This document shows, piece by piece, positions 12,203 through 25,600 of a stretch of 64,000 nucleotides of DNA. Source of the stretch: Folioceros fuciformis (Eukaryota); assembly GCA_049999805.1 (NCBI GenBank), contig JBNGIO010006060.1, forward strand, positions 1-64,000, in the 5' to 3' direction. The stretch's first letter is position 1, and each line of letters starts with the position of its first letter. The notes under the pieces were generated by a model. That model did not search any database. It had not been told where the DNA came from and worked only from the letters and a program-made list of their open reading frames with translations. The position numbers and the translations under genes are program-made.

Positions 12203-13431
12203 CTACTTCTCGTACTCGGCCGGGGTCTTCGTGACCAACGAAAGAGCATGCACGCCAGTCTTGAGCTCATCGTGCAACAGATCGTAGATAAGTCGGTGCC
12301 TTTTCACCAGACTCCTACCTTCAAATTCCTTGGAAACAACCTTCAGACTGGCAACAAGAGACCCATTAACACGCAGAACTGAAAGCGCAACGGATGAAAC
12401 CCTTTCAACTACACAACTCACTTAAAGTGCGTTTCCGATGCACCCTTGTGCACCCCGGCATGCCCTGCATGTTGATGCGACACATCCTCCAGCTCGAACA
12501 CGGTTGGAGACAACGCTTCTCGTACCTATTCAAGCACACACACCAACGTGTTTACGAAGATGATACCGAGCCAAGGACAGTGCAGGAAATGTGCCATGAG
12601 GAAGCTAAAACCTACCTTTTTGCTGATGCTCGCGTATTTGGATTCCATCACGGCAGTAGCTTGGGCTGGCCTCGCGCTCTCTGCAGCAAGGCCCGTGTGG
12701 GCTGCACCCCCGGTTTCCTGTTCCCGGTTCCCCGACCCGCTACTGAGCTCCCGCACTCCCGCCCCAACCGCTGTCGATTGAGATGCTCCCAGTCGCTCGG
12801 CCTCCATGTACAGGTGCAATGTCTTCTTCTGAATCAACTTGAGCATGTTAAAAAAGCCATTGCTCCGGGAAGGTGTGAGGCTCTGCTTCAGGCCGAGCAT
12901 CTGAATGAAATCCGGGGACACCCTGAGTATCTCAGCAGGAGTTGAACCGGACAATCCCTCCACCAGGAGGGCTGCCAGACCCTTGGTGAGCGCGGAGTCC
13001 GACTCCGCCTCGAAGTAGAGCCGCTTGTCCGGGTCGAGAATCGGCCGCACCCAAACCTGCGACACACAGCCCTCGACTTTGTTCTCCTGGGTCAGATGCT
13101 CCGGCGCGAGGGGCTTTAACCTCTTGGCGTAGTGCAGCAGCTGCTCGTACTTGGCCCGAGGATCGGACACCGACTGGAACAGCTTCACGATCTCCTGCAG
13201 CTTGGGCGGCAGCTCCTCAACAGCCTGCTCGGCCACAACGCCTTTTCGCCTCCAGCAAGCGTGCCACCTCTTAGCTTGGCTGAATTCCAGCGACGACGAC
13301 GGTGCAACAAACAAGGCCGAGGAGGCGGACAAATGCGACGCCTTGGCAGACGCGATTCCCGCTACGAGAACCCCTGCCGGTATTGGAGATCGTATTCCAG
13401 GCAATACCAAGGCCTGATGGAACGCAGCCAT
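12203..13431 (-). CDS. SUFE1: Organellar SufE-BolA fusion protein (cysteine desulfurase activator, Fe-S cluster assembly)
   Basis: Exons 13431-12616, 12525-12422 and 12347-12203 with GT-AG ends. Transit-peptide-like N-terminus, SufE motif NKVEGCVSQVW, and BolA domain ELEDVSHQHAGH...ETHFNLKVVS...LVKRHRLIYDLL...GVHALS. Confidence 0.95.
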
Positions 13432-13745
13432 GCCTGCAGAAATGGTGCAGTGGATCCCTAATAAAGTTGCTATGAAAGACAGCTTGCGTTATATAACCGT
13501 GTAGAATTCCAGACGAAGGATTGGAGATGCCGCGAGAGCGACCCTTGCGGACCAGCACACTAGCCAGACAATTTTTGTATGACAACTCAATTTCGGCGCC
13601 GGCAGATTCCGCTCAGCAATTTGCACAGAAGCCACAGGCTGCCAAGGGAAGAGTGGAAGCTGCCAGACCACCAACACTATATCGGCAATCGTTTTGGTCA
13701 GAAGTCCTACAGTAACAAAAATTATTCTGCCTATCCTCTCAATAA

Positions 13746-14650
13746 TCAGTATATCCGGACGGGCTTTCCCATCGTGGTCTTGAGATAGAGCACCCTCACC
13801 TGGCAAAAGCAAGCTGAGATTCAGTACAAGAAGGGACTCGATGAAAAAGGGAGGAGGAAAGGAAGGGAGAATCCGACACTCACGTTTTGCCAGTTTTTCT
13901 TCAACAAGGAGACCAGGAAGTTGACGCTCAGCTGCACATTTTGGAAGATCTGCTTCTCTTCCATCTCGCAGTTTCCTATTGCCACCCCCATGCACAGCAC
14001 CTTCTTCAGCTGGAACTTCACCATGGACTTGGTCTCGATGACCTTGGACTCGAGAGACTCCTGGTGCGAGACGAGAGCCGGAAATTTGCCAGCCTTGTTC
14101 AAACCGGGGCCCAGTAGCCTAGGAATTTGCTTGATTACAGCCTCTGAAGCCAAAAACGCATGGTACTTCTTCGCCAGCTTCTTCACCAGCTTCTTGTTCT
14201 TATTGAGCTTCTTCAGGCTCTCCACATCCATATTGTCCAACCCGATCTTGACTGCCTGCGCGGCGAGAGGAAAAGGAAAAAACATGATGTACAAGGTGGC
14301 GAATCCCGTAATTGCTCTGAACAAGCTGATCAGAAGCTGGCGGCATCTTACCTACCTCCTCAATGTGCTGCGCGTCCCCGAGCATGCAGACTTTCATCTT
14401 AGGGCGGGGTTCATGCGGCAGCCGGACAGAGCCGCTGAACCGCTTATCCTTCTGCGGATCATAATTCTTCAACCCTATCTGCAGTTCCACTGTCTGCGAA
14501 AACTTCTTCGGCTTCTCCTTCACTTCAGCAAGAATCTGGGAGATGGTCTCCCTCACAACCTCAGCCTGCAGCTTACTGCAACATCCCGACAGCAATCCCC
14601 GTTACCGAAAGCGCGTCTACGACACGGAATCCAAATACCCCGTACCTCAT
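13746..14650 (-). CDS. RPL10A: 60S ribosomal protein L10a (uL1)
   Basis: Exons 14650-14646, 14575-14356, 14255-13884 and 13799-13746. Translation MSKLQ...[18 protein letters not shown]...[12 protein letters not shown]...[25 protein letters not shown]. Confidence 0.98.
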
Positions 14651-14909
14651 GGCTGATTTTAGTGACGAAGGTGCTGCCCGCTGTAAGTCTTCCCGCGCAA
14701 CACGTCGGACTCGTCGGAGCCTAAAAGAGTTAGTAGAGTGTCGTTACTCCCCGTTTACTCCTTCAGGTTCTAGGGCAAAGAAATGCTTACTTGAAAAGCA
14801 ACCTGACCTAACGACAGACGCCACGGTGGTTAGTCGTCATTTCACTTCTTACCACATGAAATTTTCAAAACAAGGTCAGGTCCGGTGACAGCGTAAGTCA
14901 TCCACTATT

Positions 14910-15045
14910 TAGGAGCTTTGGGCCTCGTCCCCAGGCGCGTGGCTTAGACAAGAAGCCCAGGTGGCGGGAGAGGAATGGAGAAGCCGCCACGTCGCCTTGT
15001 GCCAGCTTGCCACGGCAAGGCGCCACCCAGATGCATGCAAGCCAG
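14910..15045. promoter_or_regulatory. Divergent RPL10A/LEA promoter with site II, CE3-like, ABRE and RY motifs
   Basis: TTGGGCC at 14918-14924, CGCGTGGC at 14936-14943, GCCACGTC at 14986-14993 and CATGCA at 15034-15039. Confidence 0.55.
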
Positions 15046-15239
15046 GGGTGAAGGATGATGCCATTTATCCTGCCAGGGCCTCCAACTTCTGCACTGGATC
15101 CTGCTCAGCTTCGCACAGCACTCTTTGATTCGCTCTTGTACATATTTGGGATCGCATGCTTTGCGAGATCACACTGCGAGCTTCCAGCGTGTTTGGACTG
15201 TAAACTTCTTTGTATGTACTAGTACTCCTTCGAGCGATC

Positions 15240-16778
15240 ATGGCGGGGATCAGGACGTGGAGTGTGCTGTTGCTCCTGCTTGCTTTCAGTGCTCTGACGC
15301 TGCAGGTTAGCGGTTCCATTTTCGGGGACAAGTCTACTGGGGAGCAGTTTCAGGAGGGAGCCGAGACCGCGGGTTCCAAGGTCGGGGAGACTGTGAAGGA
15401 GGGACAACACCAGGTTGAGGACACCGTCAACCTGGCGGAGGAGCACTCTAGGTCGTGGGGCGATTGGGCCAAAGAGAAGATCGGCACTTTCGCAGACACA
15501 GCTGCCAAGTGAGTGTTCTGATGTACATCCATCAGTCGTGCTCTTTCCAGTTTCCCGGGCTGCATGTTGACTGCTATTACTTGGGACTGCGCCGGTTCGC
15601 AGGGAGGCTGGAGAACAGTATGAAACGGCTGAAGAGGCTGCTGAGGCAGCGGGCACGAAGTCCTCCGAGACTGCCCAGAGTATCATTCAGGAGATCGCAG
15701 CCAAAGCCAAGGAGACCTTCAACAAGGGCAAGGAAAGCTTCAGCGGCAGAGCTTCCAGTTATACCTCGTTGCTCTTCTTTAAGCTTGGCCTTCATGCTTA
15801 TAATATGTTGTTTTAAGGCGGGTGCACGGGTAATTAATTGACACAACTTCCATGAACTTCGTAACAGGAAGCCCACCCAGGCCTAATCTATGCAACGAGG
15901 TGTTATTAATGCCTGTTTGCTTGATTGTGTGCGAGACAGGCTTAGAGTCACGGCAATACGTAGTCGAGGGACAGATGTAGTACTTTGTGGTGTGGGAGTA
16001 CAGTGGTGTCAATCCTGACCTGATGTCGGTGTGTTGGGCCCTGCCTTTGTTGAGAATGATTTCCGGGGTAGACGTAGGCCTAAGACGGGAATTTGGGCTT
16101 TTTGCAGCTTATTACAAGCATTGGGCTTCCGTGGTCAGAAAGAACTTTGATTCATTGAGGAAAGGTTGTACAGATACACACAATACATGACTAGTCGGCA
16201 GAACCGTCTTTCTCGCGATGGGAACGTGGTCTTAGCAGCAGCAGCAGCATAGTTAACCTCGTAGATGTCCACAGTCCAGTCTATTCTTTCCATCTCTTTG
16301 TATCTGATCCCGACCTCTGCTTTCTCTCGTAGGCGTCGAGCCAGAGATCCGGCAGGTGGTGGATGAGACCAAGGACACTGCCCAGGAGACTGGTCAGAAG
16401 ACCAAGGACACTGTCGAAGAGACTGCTCAAAAGACCAAGGACACTGCCCAGGAGTCAGTTAAGGAGAACAAGGACACCGCTCAGGAGTCAAAGGACGCTT
16501 CCCAGCAGAAGGCCGAGAAAGTGATTGGTAAGTCGAAGGAGACCTTGGAAGATACTGCTAGGGAGACTGTTGAGAAGGTTGGCGAACAGGGGAGGGCTAA
16601 GTCCGATGATGCCGTGGATGCTGCTAAGCGAGTCTGGGAAGAAGCGAAGGGCAAGTCCACTGAGGCTGCCGAAGAGGCCAGGACCAAGTACGAGGAGGCG
16701 AAGGAACGAGCTTCGCAGACCGCCCGTGAGGTTGGTGAGAAGGTGAAGCAAACCGTTCCCCCAAAGGAGGAGCTGTGA
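15240..16778 (+). CDS. ER-targeted group 3 LEA (LEA_4-like) protein
   Basis: Hydrophobic signal peptide, SWGDWAKEKI motif, 11-mer repeats TKDTAQETGQK/TKDTVEETAQK and C-terminal KEEL*. Exons 15240-15508, 15603 to about 15730-15760 (donor uncertain), and 16333-16778. Confidence 0.88.
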
Positions 16779-17194
16779 AGAGATCATCGGAGTCCAGAAA
16801 CTTGTTACATTTTGTCACATCTGTTTCTCATGAACCGCATCGAGAAGGTGTACACGACGAGGTGAACAGACTGTTAGGGTAGTAGGCGAGGGAGTGTGTA
16901 CGATGAAAGATGCTGTAAAGGAGCTCAGTTGGTTTCAACTAGTGTTCTGTATATGACAATTGCAACTGGTTTGTAAGTGGGTTGTAATATTGAAGAGTTT
17001 AAACCTTGGTTCTCACTAGCTCCTTGTTGTCTTACTACTCAGGACTGTAGCTAAGATTTCAGTGTGTACACCGGCCACTATTAACATGTCACGCAGAGTT
17101 GTGAAGCCAACGACGAACCGACGAGTAATCGCCAGTGCGGAGGTTTTGTTTGAATGTTGGAACAAATTACTCCGACCCCGTGTTCTGCTTCTTC

Positions 17195-18260
17195 TTAAAG
17201 TTTGAACAAACCGAGTGCACATTTCCATTGGTTGCCTGTGAGCACATTGGATTTGGTAATGCACACCATGCCGCTGCTGAGGCGTCGAGAAGGCATCGCT
17301 GTTGTTGGCAAAGCGGAGAAACCTGCCTTGGGTGCGCCGATCGTTCCGAAGGAGCTGGTTCAACGCCAAGGCAGATGAGTGCTTGCCCAAGCTGTGGAAA
17401 AGGAGGAGAACGTTCCGAACTCTTGCGTGCTGCTAGAATCCAGATCTACGATGTTCTCGGCCTCCGGAGAGGTGCTGTCAGCACTGGTTCTGGCCAGGGG
17501 CGGGTCCAGCGATGGGTCCTGCGCCTCGCTGCCGTAAAGGGGTGTATCCTCTTGACGAAGAGTGGCAGTGCGCAAACCCTACGATGTGTGACCCGGACAG
17601 GGCCACCAGGTCGGTGCGCGTCTGGCCCAGGGAGAAGAAGCACGCCTGGATCTGATTGAAGGAGGAGTCGGTGGCAGGGAGATGAACCACGCTGGCTGCT
17701 GCAACCGTGATGTCCCGCGGCCCGAACTGCGCGGTCCACGATGGCCCGCCCGCCAGCACCACCAGGCCCGGCATTCCTGCGCCAGGATGTCGGCGCAGGA
17801 CATCCGTCCCCGGCACTTGGCCTCACCTCGGCCTTCACGCTGTCGATGGCGTCGAATCCGTTGGCGTACAGATCCGTGCTCCCGACCGCCTGCAGCACCG
17901 AGTGCGCACCACGGATGAAGATGGAGCCGTCCATGCCCTGCAGTCCTGAGTTTGATGATGCGCGGGATTGTTCCCACAGGAGAAGCTAGCGACCGTAATG
18001 TTTGGAACCGGGGATCGATACGAGATTCCCATTCCCCGCAAACGCGCCGTGGAAGCAGAGGCGGAGCGTAAAGGAGATGGAGAAGGCATCCGTGTTGAAG
18101 CAGTCAGTCATGGCCTCCTTGATGTTTGCCGCCGCGTCTGGGCAATAATGGTTGCAGAAATCCTGCGACAGCTGCGCATGGCCCGCGTCTGGGAGCCCTG
18201 GAGTCTGGGAGGGGAAACAGCTCGGAATGGCCGCAACGGACGGCAGGGCCCTACCTGTGT
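17195..18260 (-). pseudogene. Class III secretory peroxidase pseudogene
   Basis: Motifs LSQDFCNHYCP...LRLCFHG, GMDGSIFI, MSCADILA, GGPSW...GPRD, DLVALSGSHIVGFAHC, DPSLDP and NVLTGNQ occur in the expected order but across several frames. Confidence 0.9.
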
Positions 18261-18860
18261 TCCGCCTGCTGGCTTCCGCGTCGAGCAAAATTGTGCTTAC
18301 GGGCGGCAGTGTCGACGTGAAGGGGAGAGCGGGTGGTTAAATCTGGCAGCGAGGATACCTGGCGCTTCTGGGCGACCGGAGAGAGCTCGGGCACAGTGCA
18401 GTATCTTGGCCGACGCATCTTGCCGTAAGACACGGTGGGACTTCGGAACCATCGGGGCGTCTGGGGCGTGACTGCCGTGGCCATGCTACTTTCTACTTTG
18501 CAACCACAAAAATGATGGACTTCACCATCATCATTTTGCGAGCCTCGGTCGTCTCAGCTGGCGTACAGAATTGTGGCTCTGTCTAGAGTCGTGGACTTCA
18601 GAGTAGAGGCCCCACAGTTTTGATTCGCCCATGTATGCATACAGCATGCTGCTGGGTTTGGGCAGTGGAACTGTATTTAAGGAAGGGTGGATCTACCACA
18701 AAACTAGAGGTAACAACCTGCTGGATATCCATGAGCCGATGGAAATGTATCTGGAATGCTTGGGACAAGTTACAACTTCCAGACCGGTGTACAGTTTTCA
18801 TGAGTTTCTCCCCAGACTGACGAGATGGCCAGGCCTCTGGGGACATTGATTTGGCAGCAA

Positions 18861-20825
18861 CTAGTTTGATGCAGGTATGTTCAAAGCTCCCATAGACAAG
18901 AGTCTTGGCAGAATCTGTGCCCACATATAGAACACATCATCAGCCGGTTCATCCTTCTGACCCAAACAGTCACGATAACAAATTGCAAAGACACAATTAC
19001 CTCTCCAGACCGAGCTTCAACCTTCAGAGATACGAACTCATCTGCCCGCGTTGGGCCAATGTTCACAACTGCTATAGGTGCTCCACCCTCGTGAGCTGCT
19101 CTGCAATTGGAAGGAGGAACGCTGTTAGATAGCCTGTCCATGCGTACCAGCACAGTACTGGTGCATCACAAAGCGGGTGTGAGAAAGAGCAGGCCAATAC
19201 CGAGCAAGACGGAAAGCTGACAGAACCATCAGCGAGGACCCCACAACTAGCACAGCATCAGCTCCTTTCACCATTGCTGATGCAGCCTCCACTCTGGCTA
19301 CTGGGACATTGTCTCCAAACAGAACAACCTACACAAGGGCACCTGTTTCCGTTTCAGCCAAAGACTGATGAAAATGCAGCAGCTCGGCAAACCAATTTCA
19401 TTAGAACAAAAGACGCCACAATACAACAGCCTTCCCTTGTGCATAACTAAGGGACACTGTAAAAGATCAGAGGCTCACGTCAGGCTTGAAAACGCCTCCA
19501 CAGTTATCACAAGCTGGAATGTGGAAGTTTTCTTTCAGGACGAACTCGTCGCCGATCTCCACGTCACCATCCGGCCGTTGCTTCATTCCAAAACTTGCAT
19601 CTGATCCTGGCTCTCCTGCCATGGCCACCTCAAGTGCTAGACACCACTGTTTCGGGAGGAAACGCCAGGTTAGTGCTCACACAGTTCAACAGCGTCAGAT
19701 GTTGTCAACCACAGCGCTGGATACCTCTATGTTAAGCTGCTTCAATCTGTCTTGAAATGCAACACGGCTGACCATGTTGCCACAGCCTAGGCACACAACG
19801 TTGTGGGTTGTTCCGTGAAGTTCAATTGGATTACTGCCAGCCCTATGGTGGAGTCTGCCAGCAGCGAGATGCGGGTGCTGTCAAAAATTCGTTGCCCAAT
19901 CCACATAATGCATGTACCATAGCCAGGACTTCACATATACACCACAAGTCACTCACCTATCAACATTCTGTGTGATTAATCCCGTCGAGTACCCTCTTGC
20001 CTCGAGCTGAGAGAGTGCAATGTGAGTAGGACCCGGTTTGACCACAACAAATCGGTACCAGCCTGCATAACTTCTTGCCCAGTATCTTCGACGACTCGCT
20101 GCTGAGCGAACGAATTCCTGTGCAGAAGAAGCAGCTCATGGTAAATGCTGTCTGCTGGCCCGTGTGTGATCCTGTTAATAAGGGATGTTATGCAGAGCAA
20201 TATCAAGCACAAGGAAACACTGCACTGCACTGCGGGCTTACCTGGTGGGTTATGGGCTTGAATCCAGTGCTGTAAGCTCCATTCGGGCTGGCCACATGTA
20301 AACACGATAGGGGCTTTCAGCTACATTCGAAGAAAAACAGGAGACCACTTCAGACATGTCAGAGATGCACCTTCTGTAATCAGGGATTCCACTTTCAGTA
20401 CTCACTCCGGCACCTGTCAAAACCACGAGTCGTTTGCTGCAATTACACCAACAACACAAAAAAGCAGAAGTGAACCTGATTCCGGAAAACGAAGACCAGC
20501 ATCAAACCAGTCCATCTGCCAGACAAGAAAGTACTACACACGATTGCGCGAAGATGGCCTTAAGCACGGCATGCTTCCTTCTGTACCTTCCAACCACAAA
20601 GTCGTACAGGCGTTCAAGTTGGCGCAAATTTGGAGGAGGCGCATCCGGGACCAATTGACCTCTGCGTAACGTCTGCGTTTCGGTCACGGCTTCTTGTCGG
20701 CTTCTTACCGCAAATCCACACCAGTTCCTCTGATCACTACCAACCGGAGCAAGGCCAAACTGGAAATAAGGACGGAGTAAGGCAGATCGGCACACATCAA
20801 CCATCTTCGGCCTCAGCATGTTCAT
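18861..20825 (-). CDS. SRT2: NAD-dependent deacylase, sirtuin SRT2 (SIRT4-like class)
   Basis: Spliced exons encode LVVLTGAGVSTESGIPDYR, GFKPITHQ, RRRYWARSYAGW, LITQNVDRLH, ELHGT, CLGC...CDNC zinc motif, KPDVVLFGDNV, GSSLMVLSAFRL and VNIGPTRAD, ending ILPRLLSMGALNIPASN* (stop at 18861). The start codon is uncertain. Confidence 0.95.
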
Positions 20826-21199
20826 CACACGAGGACGACTGGTGGGAAGATCGAAGGAGGCTGTAGGGTGCAGTGCAGAGAACGTAATGGCAAGGCGGGG
20901 AGACTGCAGGACTTGCAAATCGGCAAGTGAAGTCGCCGAACATGAAAGGAAACGCAGTCCGGGAGTTTACGCTCTTCATCCACTGAAGACGGTGACGGTG
21001 CGAACAGCACTTTCATCGTCGGAACTTACGAAGTGGGACAACAGTTGCTCGAAGAAGGCCGGGCAGGTCGGGGCGTGCAGCCCTGGCTGAAGAACTCCTG
21101 GAAGCCAGGTTGGGTTGGGTGGATGCGTAGTTCCTCTGGATTCTTGATATGTAGCTGCTGGCATGCAGCGTGCACTATGGCCTCGACCCCTCGCGACAC

Positions 21200-22200
21200 G
21201 GAAGGTCCGGTTGGGGGGAAACTGTAGCCACCTATGGCAGCCAGGCACTTCACTGATGCTGTCCAGGCGATGGGAATCTGGTGCAGGCAAACTACAGGAT
21301 TTCTCAGTCTGACTCCTACTTTGCTGCAAAGTTGAGCGTTGCGGACGACGAAGTGCTGGGACCTTGCCCAGAGTCGTGAGCCCATGCTTTCGTTGTGAAA
21401 AGGCCCGGATCAAACACGGTCTTGTGCAACCACATCCCGCAGATGTATGCTTTTCACGCAGGTTGCAAGAAGGCACGAATGTATTTGAAGCTGTCGTCAA
21501 AGCAGATGTCATCCTGGGCCCTTCCATAATCTCCGCATATGTGAAACATGGACTGTATATCCAGCCTATCCCACTGCCGGTCAGGTTGTGAATCCTGCCT
21601 TCGTGGTTGTACTAGCAGCTTTTCATACCCTTGTTCAAAGGGCCCAGACTTGCAAACTGGGCACCAGGTGAATGCTGATGTGATGGCCGGTGAGATTGGG
21701 CCTAACATGTTGGTGGACATCTCTGCAAGGTGCGGCAACTTTCAGGACGCTTAAACAGTGTCTGACGGACCTGGTCGAAGAGTTGAGGCAACATGCACAT
21801 CTCTGTTAGCGGGGGTACCGGGCACCCCTAGCAGAGCATGGGTCCAGAAGTCCAGAAACCCTTAACGTTCTCAGTCCTCAGGATTTAGGGTTGAAGGTGC
21901 CTCGATGTTGTTCATCCGGAACAGGCTGGTGACCATGTGCCAAATGTGGAGCACCTGCATGTTCACTCCCCCATCCAGAAATACATGTAGGTGCCTGGAG
22001 AGGCGACTGCATTTACTAGCAGCCTCCTGCTGGACACGTATTCATAACGTGGTAGCTTGGAGGATATATTGAATGCTCTGCCTAGCGGCTACGCCGTAGG
22101 CGACCATGGTGACAAAGCAATCCAGTGCGGTGCAGACATGCAACGGCAGGAATCGGCCTGATGAGACGACTCATCTGTAATTAGAATCCATCCTTCACGA
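21200..22200 (+). pseudogene. Second PLS-class PPR gene relic
   Basis: Fragments HAFVVKRPGSNTVLCNH, RLQEGTNVFEAVVKADVILGPSIISAYVKHG and GPDLQTGHQVNA...NMLVDISARCGNFQDA*, with stops and frameshifts. Confidence 0.75.
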
Positions 22201-22640
22201 TCGGCATCTCACTTTGGTTTGGGGAAACGAAGCCTCCAGCTGTGTGTCCTAAATAGCCAACTACTAACAGGGCCTGCGCTTAATCTGTATAACACTCGAG
22301 AGCCAACGACAACAATTTTTAGATATTTGTTGTATGTACATCAGGCATAGGAAAACGAAAAAAAGACTGCGATTGACCAGACGGTCGACCACGACGGTAC
22401 AGTAGATACCCGGATGATAACCAACCGTTGTTGTGCAAGGTCAGGACAAAAGAGACCCGAATCCCAAAACAACTTTTCTCTGGAGGGAGCCTGGGATTGG
22501 CTCGCTAAGCATGCGATGATGCGACCAGATTAGAGCAAAACGCATGAGCTGTTGTTCCTTCGCCAACATGGCCTTCGGGGCCTGCCACTGCCGGGTCCTC
22601 AGAATGAGGTGAGACGCCTTGTGGATCCATCACCCGAAGT

Positions 22641-25600
22641 ATGACGTCTCGCAGGCGGTGTCTGGAGTTGGAGCAGAAGCGGCAACAAGAACCGGAGCAG
22701 CACCGCAAGCTCTGCGGCTTTGTCACCCTGGTCCTGGAGCCCTGTCCTGCGCAGGGGGCCCAGGGGGATGGAGAATTGGCGCAGCAGCTGTCATCGGAGT
22801 CCCTCTATGCGGCGGCTAGGGGTGGGGGTAGGATGGACTTGGCCGGTGCAGAGCCTGGAGCCGCCTGCTGGCTGGAAGGCAGAGGCGCAGACGCCTGTGT
22901 CGCGGTGGAGCGTTCCACGCTTGTACTGCGCAGCCTGGCGGGAGGGAGTGGCAGCAGTGACTCCGCCTCCTCTCCAGCCGACTCCCCGCACAGCTCCGTG
23001 ACCGTGGATGAAGCGCAGTCTCCTTCGTGCTCCTATACACAGGGCCATCGCCCGCGGAAGAGCGTTGTGCGAGGACGCAAGCGCAAAAGCCAGGACCCGG
23101 TTGCTGGCCAGAAGAGGAAAGGCCTTGCTGGCAGCGCTGCCTGTAGCAGCATTTTGCAGCAGCTCGCGGTTCTGGTGGCCAGGAATGCGGCCGACTTGCA
23201 GGGCCGGATTCTTGGTGTTTCTTGCCGCGGGGGACTGGCGCGGGTGGTCGTGATGCTGGATCTGTATGTCCCGGTCACCTTCTGGTCTGAGCGGAATTCC
23301 TGGAGGCCTTCCGTTGGAGTCGCAGCTGCTTTTGGTCATTTCAGGTGAATTTTGCCTCACCGAGAATCGTCTCCCTCCCTGTCAGACCCGATCTTGGTGC
23401 TGTAAGTTCTCTCGCTCGGGGTTATCGGAGACTTGACGAGCAAGCAAAAGTTTGCTAGTTGTTTTTTTTTTGGCGTTTTCTTGAGTACTGTGGATGGGAG
23501 TAGGCCGGTAGATTTCTTTCGATCCCTCGATTTTGTTTGTTTGTTGACGGCAGGCTTGGATGCAGCTGTGACTGGAAGGAGCGCAGGTCCATGCTCGAGA
23601 GGATATCTGCATCGTCGGATTTTGTGTCGTCATTTGAACCCAGTATATGGGATGTAGGGGAGTGCCTCGTTCTAGGTTGCCAACTCCACAAGCCTCTGTC
23701 GGACGCGGAAAAGCAGGCTAGGTTTGACCTCCCTACGATGTTCCAGAGTTTACCTGCGTACAACAATGATACCGGTTTACAAGTCTCATGCATACAGCCG
23801 CATCATGCTACCGGTGGTGTATCTGGTATATGCGATATTCCAGATGAGGTATTGGGGTCCATTTTGACTAGACTGGGACCAAAGGATTTGGTGCGAGTCG
23901 CATCTGTCTGCAGGCATACGAGGTCGCTGGCTGTATCCATTATGCCATGCATGAAGCTGAAACTATTTCCACATCAGCAGGCTGCTGTCTCCTGGATGCT
24001 GCAAAGGGAGTTGCATCCCAAAAGCTTCTCACATCCTTTATTCCGGGAACTGCAAACAGAGGATGGCCTTCCGTACCACCTGAATTGTGTCACGGGTGAG
24101 CTCTCACCAGATCTTCCTCCTAAGGAAGTGAAGGATTTTAGCGGGGGCCTCTTCTGCGATGAACCTGGTCTGGGTAAGACTGTGACTGCTCTGTCCCTTA
24201 TTCTTAAAACTCAGGGAACTCTCTCTGAACCGCCCGATGGGATTCAGGTCCGCTGGTGTGAACGTCAATCTCAAGAAAAAGTTGGATACTATGAGATCAA
24301 TGCAGATGCCTCCAGTCAGGGCGTTTCTTTGATGAAGAGATGCATGATGATGAAATCTCGCAGTTTCTACAATGGATTTGCGGGGGATGCTGCACTTGAG
24401 CCTTGTGTTGTTGAGTCCTCCCCTGTCTCCGTCAGAAGCCGTAAAAGATCCAGGGCTTCCTCAGACACAGATGGTTCAGACTCTGATTATGTGGCGGAGA
24501 GGTCCAGGTCTGGAACCCGAAGGTCCAGAGGAAGGTCTTCACAAACACGTTCAAGGGTGTCAAGAACGTCCTTAGCCCAAGGCCCTAGGAGAAAGTTGTT
24601 TGAAGCAGACGTTTCAGGAAACTCCACACAGCGCAGGAAAAGCAGGGGCCGTAAGTCAGCTATTATGGTTAACAGCTCTGCGCCACGAGCTCAAGTACCA
24701 TGCGCTTCCGGTGAAATCCATCCTGAGCCGGATGAGATATGGGTGCAGTGCGATGCTTGTAGGAAATGGCGGAAGCTTCCCATGGGAATGGAAGCACCTA
24801 AAGAGGGCCTGGCTTGGTTTTGCAGTATGAACATGGATCCAGATCGACAAGAGTGTTCATCCCCGGAAGAGAGCTGGGGCCTGGACGAGTGCATCCGTAA
24901 CCTTCCTGGTTTTGTGAGTATTGGGGCCAGCCCTGGGCAGGAACAGAATGTTTTGTTCTTCAAAAGCGTGCTCAAGGAGCATGCCTGTCTGTTGGACTCC
25001 GAGACAAAGAAGGCGTTAGAGTGGTTAGCAGGTCAGAATGTGGACAGTCTAGTCAAAGCGGCAACAGCAGGTCTTGAACTTCCCCCGGGTCTAAGGCTTG
25101 TATCATTTACAGGGGATCACCGGCATAATTACTTTACCCTGTTTCGAGCTTTTGGGCTGGTGGAAAGCAGGGGAGTCAGAGGAGTGATAAGATGGCGGTA
25201 CCCAGCAAGTTTGGACAATCTAATTCTTGATTCTGAGGCTCTCAAGATAGCGTACAGTGAACCTGTCGACGGTGTAAGGAGGCTGTATCTATCAAGAGCA
25301 ACCCTTGTTGTGGTCCCTCAAAACCTGGTCGATCATTGGAAGAACCAGATAGCGAAGCATACAAAGGCTGGCCAGCTCCGAGTTTTTGTGTGGGTGGATC
25401 AGAAGAAAGTCCCTCTTGCCCACAATCTGGCCTGGGACTATGACATTGTGATAACCACTTTCATGAGGTTAAGTATGGAGTGGGCTGTACGAGAGACCAG
25501 TCCCCTGATGCACATTCACTGGCTGCGCATCATGCTAGATGAGGGGCATACTTTGGGTGCTAGTTTGAGCCTGACAAACAAACTGCAGATGGCTATGTCA

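Noticed and set aside
13921-14724. Plus-strand 267-aa ORF, and similar shadow ORFs over SUFE1, the F-box gene and the BEACH gene
   Set aside because: Antisense shadows of well-supported conserved genes, with no recognisable motifs.
18507-18540. Small hairpin AATGATGG...CCATCAT as a possible Helitron 3' end
   Set aside because: The stem is AT-rich and imperfect, and there is no CTRR at the expected short distance.
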